Source: Pseudomonas aeruginosa (GTDB taxonomy: Bacteria > Pseudomonadota > Gammaproteobacteria > Pseudomonadales > Pseudomonadaceae). From it: DNA of 32,000 nt. Positions 1-11,066 of this stretch are shown here, in pieces. How positions within the stretch are numbered: position 1 is the stretch's first letter; each line of letters starts with the position of its first letter. The notes below the pieces were generated by a model. That model searched no databases, was not told the DNA's origin, and worked only from the letters and a program-made list of their open reading frames with translations. The position numbers were made by a program, and so were the translations under genes. Location of the stretch: positions 1,110,001 through 1,142,000 of the forward strand of contig NZ_LN831024.1 in NCBI RefSeq assembly GCF_001457615.1. The letters run 5' to 3'.

Positions 1-2
1 AG

Positions 3-1328
<1,326 letters not shown>

Positions 1329-1356
1329 GCAGCGGATAGCGCCCGTGGCGTTGGTC

Positions 1357-1398
1357 GCCATGCAGAAAGGCCACCCTCGGGTGGCCTTTCTGCATGGC
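1357..1398. terminator. Perfect inverted repeat, likely bidirectional terminator between convergent eddB and tsiT
   Basis: GCCATGCAGAAAGGCCACCC (1357-1376), TC, GGGTGGCCTTTCTGCATGGC (1379-1398). 20-bp perfect arms; the inner stem AAAGGCCACCC/GGGTGGCCTTT gives A-tract/T-tract flanks on both strands. Confidence 0.85.
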
Positions 1399-1411
1399 AC
1401 GTGGGCCTGTA

Positions 1412-1486
1412 GGGCGAATAACCGCTTGCGGTTATCCGCCGTTGTGGCGGGATCTCGGCGGATAACGCCGGTGGCGTATTCGCCCC
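1412..1486. repeat. REP-like intergenic palindromic element pair (GGCGGATAACnGC family)
   Basis: GGCGAATAACCGC (1413-1425)/GCGGTTATCCGCC (1428-1440), then GGCGGATAACGCC (1457-1469)/GGCGTATTCGCC (1473-1484). GTTATCCGCC (1431-1440) also pairs with GGCGGATAAC (1457-1466). Confidence 0.65.
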
Positions 1487-1519
1487 ACGGAACGCAGGCG
1501 GCTTTTGCTTCGTACGTCG

Positions 1520-2239
1520 TCAACCGCGCAGCGGCGGCAGGTAGCCCAGTTCCATCAGCTTGATGTCCGCTTCGCCGACGCGCTCGAAATGTTCGCGACG
1601 GGTTTCGTCCATCGGTTCGCGGCCGTTCAGCAGCAGGGTGCCACGGCCGGGAATGTCGACCAGCTCCGTAGCCGCCGGGAAGTCCGTGGCCCTTAGCGGA
1701 TGCGGGCAGAAGCCGATCCAGCCGATGCTGCGGCGGTCCGGGAAGGTCCGCTGGTGTACGAAGTACGCATGCGGAGCGAGCATGCCCCAGGTCGTTTCGG
1801 GCCAGATTTCCAGCGCCGCGAGGAAGATCGCGACGAAGGAGGAAGCCGGTGCGTCGAACACTTGCAGCAGGCTGCCGGCATCTTCCAACTGGAGCCTGGA
1901 CGAGACGGCCCTGCCGCTGGCCTCGTAGTCCAGCGACAACCCGCCCTTGAGCGGATCCTCCTCGCCGTTCCATAGCACCAGTTCCACCGCCCGGGTGCGT
2001 CGGTCACGCGACAGGGCCTTGGCGAGATCCTGGCGGTGCTCGGTGACGTTGTGGCTGAGGGCATCGCGCAGGGAGTCGCCGCACAGGTACCAGTTCTCCA
2101 GCACCGGATGGAGGGGCGCGAGGGCATCGAGGAAGCGCTCTATCCGTTGCAGGTGCTGGTCGTCGTCCAGTTCGAGGAGCCGTGCCGGATCGAAGTACAG
2201 CTCGAATATGTAGCGCCTGAAAGCCTTGGCGTCCGTCAT
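1520..2239 (-). CDS. tsiT: T6SS immunity protein TsiT (cognate to TseT), about 239 aa
   Basis: In-frame start MTDAKAFRRYIFELYFDPARLLELDDDQ at 2239, overlapping the upstream toxin stop (ATGA). The longer 380-aa ORF start upstream is noise. Identity from synteny with the TseT/PAAR4 module. Confidence 0.75.
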   Translation of the reverse strand: MTDAKAFRRYIFELYFDPARLLELDDDQHLQRIERFLDALAPLHPVLENWYLCGDSLRDALSHNVTEHRQDLAKALSRDRRTRAVELVLWNGEEDPLKGGLSLDYEASGRAVSSRLQLEDAGSLLQVFDAPASSFVAIFLAALEIWPETTWGMLAPHAYFVHQRTFPDRRSIGWIGFCPHPLRATDFPAATELVDIPGRGTLLLNGREPMDETRREHFERVGEADIKLMELGYLPPLRG

Positions 2240-3020
2240 GCGCAATACCCCGGGTTCTCTTCGCAAAACCTTTTCATCTCTTCCTGTTCCTTCGCGCGGG
2301 TTTCCTGGTAGTCGTCGTGCTCGTCCGTTCCCGGCATCGGATTCCAGAATGCCTTCAGGTTGGCCAGTCCCATGCGCAGGTACTCCGCGGCGCAGTACTC
2401 GTAGACGATCCGCTGCAGGAAGTGCCATTCGACGAACACCGGCGGGGTCGGTCGGGCCTTGTCGCTGTGGACCTCGGCCTTCTGCAGCAGGTCCGACTTC
2501 ACCTTGGCCCGCGCCCAGGGCCTGGGCACGCCGAGCAGCGGGACGAACAGGAAGGCGTAGTTGGCCTTCGCCTCCAGCAGGGTGCAGCGCGGCTCGTCGA
2601 AGCCGTCCCACCAGGTGCCGCTCCAGAACCATTCGTGGGGAAACGGGAAATTGGTCACCCACTGCTGGTAGCGCGCGGACAGGTCCGACATGCTGTGGCC
2701 CTTGCCGTTATTGGCGATGGCCATTTCGCCCCGGGACGGCGGGCACTCCACGCAGTCCTTGTCGCGGCCCTGGCTCTTGCTGCAATCGCGCTCGGCTTCC
2801 CGGGTCCGGTCGCGGCTCAGCGTGCCGGTCTCGGTCCTGGGCAGGGTCTGCGGAACCGGCATCGGACGCGGTACCGGCCTGGGCAGCGCGCCGGGGCCGG
2901 TCGCGGCAGCGGGCGCGGCGCCGGCATCGGCAAGTGCGGCCGGGGCGGCGCGGGTAGTTCGAAGGGCAGCCGCGGACCCATGCGGGGCAGCGGTCGGAAA
3001 AGCGCGCCTATGCCGCTCAT
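2236..3020 (-). CDS. tseT: T6SS effector TseT (Tox-REase-5-like nuclease toxin), with an apparent frame disruption in the 5' part in this sequence
   Basis: C-terminal frame: PGALPRPVPRPMPVPQTLPRTETGTLSRDRTREAERDCSKSQGRDKDCVECPPSRGEMAIANNGKGHSMSDLSARYQQWV...CEENPGYCA. The likely start at 3020 (ATGA overlap, GGGGAG ribosome site, MSGIGALFRPLPRMGPRLPFELPAPP) is in another frame that stops at 2817. Confidence 0.7.
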
Positions 3021-3400
3021 GCCGGTCTCCCCGAGGTTTCGTACGCGCGCCATTTCTGGCTGGCCAGGCGAAACTCGACGATCCGTTCGTAGTCCTGGAA
3101 GCGTTGTTCCGGGCTGTCCGCCAGCGGCCGGCGCATGTGTGCGAGAAACGCCGGCGTGTCCTGGAAAGCGGGGAAGGCCAGGCCGTGCAGAAGAAAGCGT
3201 TCGATCGTCCCGGGCTCTTCGATACCCAGTTCCAGCGCCGTCGCGCGCAGCTCGCCGAGTTGCCGGATGGCGGGCAGCAGGCCGCGTCGTTCGAGCCAGG
3301 CGGGAGCCTCCCGGCGTACCTCCAGCAGGACCCGCTCGATGACTTCGTCGTCGCGGACCCGCTGCAGGCGATCCAGTTGGCCGGCATCCAGTTCAAGCAT
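3017..3400 (-). CDS. Co-chaperone of the TseT module (co-TecT, PA3906-like), about 127 aa
   Basis: MLELDAGQLDRLQRVRDDEVIERVLLEVRREAPAWLERRGLLPAIRQL... from 3400. Stop overlaps the next ATG (ATGA at 3017-3020). Identity from synteny. Confidence 0.75.
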   Translation of the reverse strand: MLELDAGQLDRLQRVRDDEVIERVLLEVRREAPAWLERRGLLPAIRQLGELRATALELGIEEPGTIERFLLHGLAFPAFQDTPAFLAHMRRPLADSPEQRFQDYERIVEFRLASQKWRAYETSGRPA

Positions 3401-3920
3401 CGGCGGTCCGCTCCGTTTCCCGGTCATAGACGAGATAGCCGCCCTGCAGGGGCTGCCAGACCTGCCAACGCTCCAGCGGCGCCATCACTTGCGTCCATTG
3501 CCGCGCGGTCATGACCTGTTCCAGCGCCCGGCGCACTTCCGGGCTGTAGTAGCGCAACAGCGCCCGGCGGCCGTCGGGCATGCGGGTGAAGAGCAGCCCG
3601 GCGAAGTGTTTCGCGAGGTTTTCGAAGGACGCCCGGCTCCACAGCCAGGAGGCCATGGGCGAGCGGCGGTCCCAGTCGCGCAGCCAGCCGAGGAACTCGC
3701 CCGATGACGAAAGCGGGGCGCTGTCCATGAATTCGATCAGGACCGGCCCGGCATGGGCGATTTCGTCCAGCTCGCTCCCGGCCAGCAGCCAGCGCGAGCG
3801 GATTTCCCCCGCGGCCTTTTCCAGGCGGGTGTCCAGGGTCAGGTAGCGGGCGCCGTCCGCCAGGGCGAACAGGCGGCTGTCCGGCGTAGGCGCCGCGAGC
3901 GCCGGCTGGAGCCGGCTCAC
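3393..3920 (-). CDS. tecT: DUF4123-type T6SS effector chaperone TecT, about 175 aa
   Basis: GTG start at 3920 (VSRLQPALAAPTPDSRLFALADGARYLTLDTRL...ELDEIAHAGPVLIEF...LLRYYSPEVRRALEQVM) overlaps the PAAR stop as GTGA. DUF4123-like composition; located between PAAR and toxin. Confidence 0.75.
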   Translation of the reverse strand: MSRLQPALAAPTPDSRLFALADGARYLTLDTRLEKAAGEIRSRWLLAGSELDEIAHAGPVLIEFMDSAPLSSSGEFLGWLRDWDRRSPMASWLWSRASFENLAKHFAGLLFTRMPDGRRALLRYYSPEVRRALEQVMTARQWTQVMAPLERWQVWQPLQGGYLVYDRETERTADA

Positions 3921-4318
3921 GGTGCGCCGCCGAGGCTTTCCAGGGGCACCAGGGCCTGGTTGCGGCGTGCCGCCAGCAGCAGGCATTGCAGGCACAGCTT
4001 CGGTGGGGCGAGGGCGAGAGCGGGTGCGCCGCCGCCGCTGTTGCCGATCAGCACCGTGCCCGCCCCGCCGACCACCAGGTTGCCGTGGGTGCCGACGCTA
4101 CCTACCACGGTGGCGGGCTTGCCGTTGATCAGTACGTTGGCGATGACGTTGGCGCTGAGGGTGGCGCCGCAGGCGGTGGCGTCGCCCTGGCGGGCAGCGG
4201 ACCGATGGTCGAAGAAGACGTCGGGCGAGCCGCCGACGATCGGGTTGCTGCCGTGGCCCGGTAGCGGACACGCGGTCGGATCGCCCAGGCGCGCAGCGGG
4301 TTTGCCGCTCATGCTCAA
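3917..4318 (-). CDS. PAAR-repeat T6SS spike-tip protein (PAAR4)
   Basis: MSMSGKPAARLGDPTACPLPGHGSNPIVGGSPDVFFDHRSAARQGDATACG...VLINGKPATVVGSVGTHG...VLIG: classical PAAR motifs. Confidence 0.9.
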   Translation of the reverse strand: MSMSGKPAARLGDPTACPLPGHGSNPIVGGSPDVFFDHRSAARQGDATACGATLSANVIANVLINGKPATVVGSVGTHGNLVVGGAGTVLIGNSGGGAPALALAPPKLCLQCLLLAARRNQALVPLESLGGAP

Positions 4319-4610
4319 GTCCCTATGAGATAAACCCTGGCACTCTGCCGTGCCACTCGGGGGCGGACAACCTATCTGAACTGCTCAGGAGGCACCTTCG
4401 GAAACGGCTTGGGCAACCGCGTCCTTGCCTGGTTGCGCTTGAAGGGATTTCCTACCTGGAAGTATCGTCACCCGCCTGCGAAAGGCGCAGGCGTACGGAG
4501 CGATGGCGCGATGGGGAGGGGAGCCTGGGAGGAGGGAAGGAGGCGTTTCGCACAGCGTCGCGTTCGCTTTGCCTGCGCAGGGGCTGTCCGCCGATACCGC
4601 GCTGGAGCGA

Positions 4611-4637
4611 CGGATAGCCGCGATACGGTTATCCGCC
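4611..4637. repeat. Degenerate copy of the same REP-like palindrome
   Basis: CGGATAGCC (4611-4619) pairs with GGTTATCCG (4627-4635) with one mismatch; same GGATAACC core as the 1412-1486 element. Confidence 0.45.
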
Positions 4638-4696
4638 CTGCGCCGAGACCGCCGCGGGAGGAGACAGGTAGGCTGTTCCTGGCTCCTCCCGTGCGA

Positions 4697-6280
<1,584 letters not shown>

Positions 6281-6500
6281 GGATGCGTGCCTGCTGGAAT
6301 CCGTTGGCGTGGGCGCGGGACGGCCCGGAAAAACGCGGGATTATAGCGGTAAAACGCGGCGCGTCGGGATGCCTGTCATCCGGCGATCGATGGAATTGCC
6401 GGTGGACAGCGAACTTGTCGCAGTCGTGCCGTTCCAAGCAGCCAGCGGCGGCCACCGCCGGATAGACTGCTTTCATTTCACCCGATCGAAGGAAATCACC

Positions 6501-6962
6501 ATGAACGGAGTATCCAGACTGCTCTCCCTGGCCTTGCTGGGCGCGGCGCTGCACTGGGCGCCGGCGCAGGCCGAGGAGCAGCCGCGGCTGTTCGAACTGC
6601 TCGGCCAGCCCGGCTACAAGGCCACCTGGCATGCCATGTTCAAGGGCGAGAGCGACGTGCCGAAATGGGTTTCCGACGCCAGCGGCCCGAGTTCCCCGTC
6701 CACCAGCCTGAGCCTGGAGGGCCAGCCCTACGTCCTGGCCAACAGTTGCAAACCCCACGATTGCGGCAACAACCGCCTGCTGGTGGCGTTCCGCGGCGAC
6801 AAGAGTGCCGCCTACGGGCTGCAGGTGAGCCTGCCGGACGAGCCCGCCGAAGTCATGCAGACGCCGAGCAAGTACGCCACCTATCGCTGGTACGGCGAAC
6901 CCTCCAGGCAGGTCCGCGAGCTGCTGATGAAACAGTTGGAGAGCGATCCGAACTGGAAGTGA
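6501..6962 (+). CDS. ivy: Inhibitor of vertebrate lysozyme (Ivy), periplasmic, about 153 aa
   Basis: Start MNGVSRLLSLALLGAALHWAPAQAEE (signal peptide) after GGAAATCACC; carries the characteristic SCKPHDCGNNRL loop (CKPHDC). Confidence 0.88.
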   Translation: MNGVSRLLSLALLGAALHWAPAQAEEQPRLFELLGQPGYKATWHAMFKGESDVPKWVSDASGPSSPSTSLSLEGQPYVLANSCKPHDCGNNRLLVAFRGDKSAAYGLQVSLPDEPAEVMQTPSKYATYRWYGEPSRQVRELLMKQLESDPNWK

Positions 6963-7028
6963 CGCCGGGCCTGAGGGTAACCAGGCCCGGCGGCGGGGAG
7001 GGCGGATGATCGCTGGCGATCGTCCGCC
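6963..7028. repeat. Two adjacent inverted repeats between convergent ivy and fecA; possible terminators, though no T-tract
   Basis: CGCCGGGCCTG (6963-6973)/CAGGCCCGGCG (6982-6992) perfect; GGCGGATGATCG (7001-7012)/CGATCGTCCGCC (7017-7028) with one mismatch. Confidence 0.5.
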
Positions 7029-7057
7029 GTTGCGCCATGCGCTCCCGCGGTCTTTCT

Positions 7058-9421
7058 TCAGAAACCGACCGAGGCCTGTACGTACAGGGTGCGCGGCTGG
7101 CCGACGTAGAGGCCCTTGTTGTTGTCGTCGAACGAGCGGGTGTAGTAGCGGCGATCGAACAGGTTCTTCACCCCCAGGCCGAGCTTGAGGTCGTTCAGTT
7201 GCGGGCCGAAGTCGTAGGTGCCGCGCGCGCTCCAGACCATCCAGCCGGCGATCCGCCCGGTGCTGCCGTCGGCGCTTTCGCTCTCGGTGTTGGCGTTGTC
7301 GGCGTACTGGCTGGTCTGGAAGCTGCCGTCGAGGTTGTAGCTCCAGGCGCCGGTGCGGTAGTTGGCGCCAAGGGTGCCCTTGTGCTTCGAGGAGAACGGC
7401 ACCTGGTTGCCCTTGTTCGGCCCGTCTTCGCGAATGCTCGCGTCGACGTAGGCGTAGCTGGCATAGACGTCGAAGCCGGAGAGCAGCGGGTCGAGATCGG
7501 CCAGGTCGTAGGCGATCGCCGCCTCGATGCCCTTGTGCCGGGTCTTGCCGCGGGCGGTCACGCTGTCGGTCTGCTGGTTGCTCTCGTACTGGTTGTCGAA
7601 GTTGATCAGGAAGGCGCCCAGTTCGGCGCGCAGGATGCCGTCGTCGTAGCGGCTGCCGAGTTCCCAGGTGCGGGCCTTCTCCGGCTCGATGTCGCCGCTG
7701 CGCACCGCCTTGCCCATCTGGCTGTACTGCACGGTGCCGAACGAGCCCTCGGTGTTGGCGTAGAGGTTCCAGCTCGGCGTGAGGTGGTAGATCACGTTGA
7801 GCGCCGGTAGCGAGGCGTTGTAGCGGCCGCTGTCCTTGCTGTTCTTCAGCAGGTTCTTCTGTTCGGAATCGATCTTCTCGTAGCGGATGCCGGGGGTGAT
7901 GGTCCAGTTGCCGATGTCGATGCGATCGTCGATGTAGAACGCGTTGGCTTCGGTGCTGCCGCGGGTGTCGCGGTCGTTGCGGCTGCCGGTGCTGGGTAGC
8001 TGGCCGCTGTCGGCGCGGGTCCAGTAGCGCAGCTCGTGGCTGGCTTCGTTGACGTAGCGGTGGCCGATGCCCACTTCGTGGCGACTTTCGCCCAGCTCGA
8101 AGCCCTGGCTGAAGCGGGTTTCCAGGCCTCGCACCCAGTATTCGCGCGGCGACAGGGTGAGGTTGCGGCCCTGGTCGAGGTAGCCGCTGCGCAGGGTCTT
8201 GGTGAAGAAGCCGGTGACGTTGAGCTTCTGGCTGGCGTTGGGGGTGTATTCGTAGCTGGCGCTGGCCAGGGTACGGCGGCCCCAGAACTTGTCGTAGGGA
8301 CGGGTCGACTGGTACGGGTCGTCGCGGTAGGCCGCGGTGCCGAGGCCGCCGGGCATGTCGGCCTCGCCGTCGTAGTACTGGGTCATCGCCGAAAACGCGT
8401 GTTCGTCGCTGGGCTGGAAGCGGCCCTTGAGGATCAGGTCGTCGATCCGCGTATCGCTGTGCTCGCGCCAATCGCCGCCGCGGGTGCCGGAGTAGAGCAG
8501 GGCGCCGCCGAGGCCGTTGGCGCCGGTGCCGCCGATCAGCACGTTGTGGGTGGTCTTCAGGCCGTCCTGGCTGGAGCTGGGGCTGAGTTCGCTGTGCACG
8601 TCGAGCTTGGTGGCGAAGTCCTCGGGGATCGCCCGGGTCACGAAGTTGACGATGCCGCCGACGTTCTGCGGCCCGTAGCGCACCGCGCCGCCGCCGCGGA
8701 CCACGTCCACCGCGTCCATGTTGCCGATGGACACCGGCGCCAGCGACAACTGTGGCTGGCCGTAGGGGGCGAAGGGCACCGGGATGCCGTCCATCAGCAC
8801 CGTCGAGCGCGACGCCAGGCGCGGGTTGAGGCCGCGAATGCCGAAGTTCAATGCCAGGTCGTGGCTGCCGGTGCCGTTGTTGAGCGGCGCGCTGACCCCG
8901 GGAATGCGCTCCAGCACTTCGCGGGTGCTGGCCGCGCCTTGGGCCTGGAACTGCTCGCGGCGGACCACGTCGCGCGCACCGGGATGCTCGAAGACGTCGG
9001 CGGCGCTGGCGTCGGCCAGCCAGTCGCCGACCACGGTGAGCGCCTGCAGGTTGGCCGGGTCTTCCACCGGCAGCGCTTCCAGGGTGTAGGCGCCGTCGCC
9101 GCGGGCGCGCGCCTCCAGGCCGGAGCCGGCGAGCAGGGCGGCCAGGGCTTCCTCCAGGGTGTACTCGCCGTCCAGCGCCTGGCTGCGTCGCGCGGCGGTC
9201 TGTTCCGGGCTGAAGGCGATCAGCACGCCGGCCTGGCGGCCTAGGTGGTTCAACGCCTGCTCCAGCGGCTCGGCAGGCAGGCGGTAGTACTGGCGGGCAT
9301 CGGTGCGGATCTCGGCGGCGCAGGCGCTGCCGGCGGAAACCAGGACGGGACCGCCGAGGCAGGCGAGGAGCAGGGCGCGGCTGAGCGGCGACAGGGCGCG
9401 TGACGGGGACATGAGGGACAC
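7058..9421 (-). CDS. fecA: TonB-dependent ferric siderophore/citrate receptor with N-terminal signalling domain (FecA-type)
   Basis: 787 aa. STN domain (YYRLPAEPLEQALNHLGRQAGVLIAFSPE), plug (LERIPGVSAPLNNGTGSHDLALNFGIRGL) and C-terminal beta-barrel ending FDDNNKGLYVGQPRTLYVQASVGF. Confidence 0.92.
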   Translation of the reverse strand: MSLMSPSRALSPLSRALLLACLGGPVLVSAGSACAAEIRTDARQYYRLPAEPLEQALNHLGRQAGVLIAFSPEQTAARRSQALDGEYTLEEALAALLAGSGLEARARGDGAYTLEALPVEDPANLQALTVVGDWLADASAADVFEHPGARDVVRREQFQAQGAASTREVLERIPGVSAPLNNGTGSHDLALNFGIRGLNPRLASRSTVLMDGIPVPFAPYGQPQLSLAPVSIGNMDAVDVVRGGGAVRYGPQNVGGIVNFVTRAIPEDFATKLDVHSELSPSSSQDGLKTTHNVLIGGTGANGLGGALLYSGTRGGDWREHSDTRIDDLILKGRFQPSDEHAFSAMTQYYDGEADMPGGLGTAAYRDDPYQSTRPYDKFWGRRTLASASYEYTPNASQKLNVTGFFTKTLRSGYLDQGRNLTLSPREYWVRGLETRFSQGFELGESRHEVGIGHRYVNEASHELRYWTRADSGQLPSTGSRNDRDTRGSTEANAFYIDDRIDIGNWTITPGIRYEKIDSEQKNLLKNSKDSGRYNASLPALNVIYHLTPSWNLYANTEGSFGTVQYSQMGKAVRSGDIEPEKARTWELGSRYDDGILRAELGAFLINFDNQYESNQQTDSVTARGKTRHKGIEAAIAYDLADLDPLLSGFDVYASYAYVDASIREDGPNKGNQVPFSSKHKGTLGANYRTGAWSYNLDGSFQTSQYADNANTESESADGSTGRIAGWMVWSARGTYDFGPQLNDLKLGLGVKNLFDRRYYTRSFDDNNKGLYVGQPRTLYVQASVGF

Positions 9422-9506
9422 TCCAGTGGATCTTTCGAGGTTGGCTTTCCTCCTCTGTCACGCGAGGTGGGGAAAAAGGCTCAGGTGCGCGGAAATATCT
9501 TTCCGC

Positions 9507-10460
9507 TCATTCGCGCGGGTGCACGCCGACCCAGTAGCGGGTGACGCGCCGTACCTCCACGGGCAGCACCGCCGGCAGGGTGGCGAGGATCCGCTCGCTA
9601 TCGTCCAGCGGATAGCTGCCGGAAATCCGCAGGCCGCCGATGCGCGGGTCGCAGCCCAGCCGGCCGGGGCGGTAGCGCGCGACTTCGGCGAGGAATTCGT
9701 CCAGGCGCATGCCGGCGGCCACCAGCATGCCGTCGGTCCAGGCGCCGCTGCCGACCGGCAGCGGCTGCGGAGCGCCGAGTCGCTCGCGGTCGAAGTCCAG
9801 TTGCCGGCCGCTGGGCAACAGCAGGCCCTGGCCGGCGCGGTTCTCCACCTGTACCGCGCCTTCGTGGACGGCGACGCGGGTGCGTCCGGCGAACTGGCGC
9901 ACGTCGAACCGGGTGCCCACCGGTCGCAGCCGGCCTTCCGCGCTGTACACGTGCAGCGGGCGCGGGTCGTGGCCGGTGCTGAGCTGGATTTCCCCGCGCA
10001 GCAGGAGCAGGCGCCGTTCGCCGGCATCGAAGCGGACATCCACCGCCGTGTCGCTGTTCAGCTCGAGGCGACTGCCGTCGGCCAGGGCCAGGCGCCGGCG
10101 TTCGCCGACGCCGGTGGCATAGTCGGCGCTCCAGCGCTGCAGGCTGCCGCTCTCGCGCAGGCCCCAGGCGCTGCCGCCGGCGGCCAGGACCAGCAGCAGG
10201 GTCTTCAGCGCGCGCCGGCGTTGCGGCGAATGCGGTGCGTTGATGGCGGCCAGGGCCAGTGGCGTGCCTATCCCGGCCAGGCGCTGGTTGACCGCCTCGA
10301 TGTGGCGCCAGGCCTGCTCGTGTTCCGGGGCCGCCTGGCGCCAGCGCTGCCAGGCCTGGCGCAGGCGTTCGTCGTCGGCGCCGCCCTGCAGCTCGACCAG
10401 CCAGCGCACGGCCTGTTCAGCCACCTGCGGCGGCACCTTGGGTGCGGCGGGCAGGCTCAT
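9507..10460 (-). CDS. fecR: FecR-type anti-sigma regulator, about 317 aa
   Basis: MSLPAAPKVPPQVAEQAVRWLVELQGG...WRHIEAVNQRL; ATYATG-like region DYATGVGERRRLALADGSRLELNSDTAVDVRFDAGERRLLLLRGEIQL, typical of the FecR domain. Start overlaps the fecI stop. Confidence 0.93.
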   Translation of the reverse strand: MSLPAAPKVPPQVAEQAVRWLVELQGGADDERLRQAWQRWRQAAPEHEQAWRHIEAVNQRLAGIGTPLALAAINAPHSPQRRRALKTLLLVLAAGGSAWGLRESGSLQRWSADYATGVGERRRLALADGSRLELNSDTAVDVRFDAGERRLLLLRGEIQLSTGHDPRPLHVYSAEGRLRPVGTRFDVRQFAGRTRVAVHEGAVQVENRAGQGLLLPSGRQLDFDRERLGAPQPLPVGSGAWTDGMLVAAGMRLDEFLAEVARYRPGRLGCDPRIGGLRISGSYPLDDSERILATLPAVLPVEVRRVTRYWVGVHPRE

Positions 10461-10966
10461 GGCAGCTCGGCGAAGTAGCAGCGTTGCGCAGCCTTGAGCA
10501 TGTAGCGCTTGACGCTGCTCAGGGAGATGCCCAGCTGCGTGGCGATCTCGGCGTAGCCCAGGCCGTCGAGCTGGGCCAGCAGGAAGGTCTCCTTGGCCAG
10601 CGGCGGCAGACCGTCGAGCAGACGGTCCAGCTCGACCAGGGTCTCCAGGACGATGGCGCGGGTCTCTTCGCTGGGGACTTCCCGCTCGGGCAGGCTGGCC
10701 AGGGCTTCCAGGTAGGCGCGCTCGACGTCCTGGCGGCGGTAGTGGTTGCACAGCACGCGGCGGGCGATGGTGGTGAGGAAGGCGCGCGGTTCGTCGATGC
10801 GCGCGGCCTGGCGCGAAACCAGGACCTTGACGAAGGTGTCCTGGGCCAGGTCGGCGGCGTTCTGCGGGCAGCCGAGGCGGCGCCGCAGCCAGCCCGTGAG
10901 CCAGTGGTGGTGGTCGCTGTAGAGGGTATGCAACGCGGCCGCATGGGCGAGGTCGGCGCTCGACAC
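10457..10966 (-). CDS. fecI: ECF sigma factor (FecI-type)
   Basis: 169 aa with sigma70 region 2 (LAQDTFVKVL) and region 4 (LPPLAKETFLLAQLDGLGYAEIATQLGISLSSVKRYMLKA). Confidence 0.94.
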   Translation of the reverse strand: MSSADLAHAAALHTLYSDHHHWLTGWLRRRLGCPQNAADLAQDTFVKVLVSRQAARIDEPRAFLTTIARRVLCNHYRRQDVERAYLEALASLPEREVPSEETRAIVLETLVELDRLLDGLPPLAKETFLLAQLDGLGYAEIATQLGISLSSVKRYMLKAAQRCYFAELP

Positions 10967-10996
10967 CTGGACATTCCCGGAGCAGAAGGATTAACG

Positions 10997-11015
10997 AATG
11001 ATAATAGTTATCATT
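10997..11015. promoter_or_regulatory. Fur-binding-site-like palindrome upstream of fecI
   Basis: AATGATAA-TAG-TTATCATT, perfect 8-3-8 inverted repeat closely matching the GATAATGATAATCATTATC-type Fur box, about 30 bp from the fecI start. Confidence 0.88.
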
Positions 11016-11066
11016 TTATGCTGCGGGAATGCCTGCCTACAACCGCAGGCTGTCGGCGCCTGGCTT

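Noticed and set aside
2236-3020. Programmed -1 ribosomal frameshift as the explanation for the tseT break
   Set aside because: No convincing heptameric slippery sequence (XXXYYYZ) recognised in the GC-rich stretch; mutation, sequencing error or a start-site issue is simpler.
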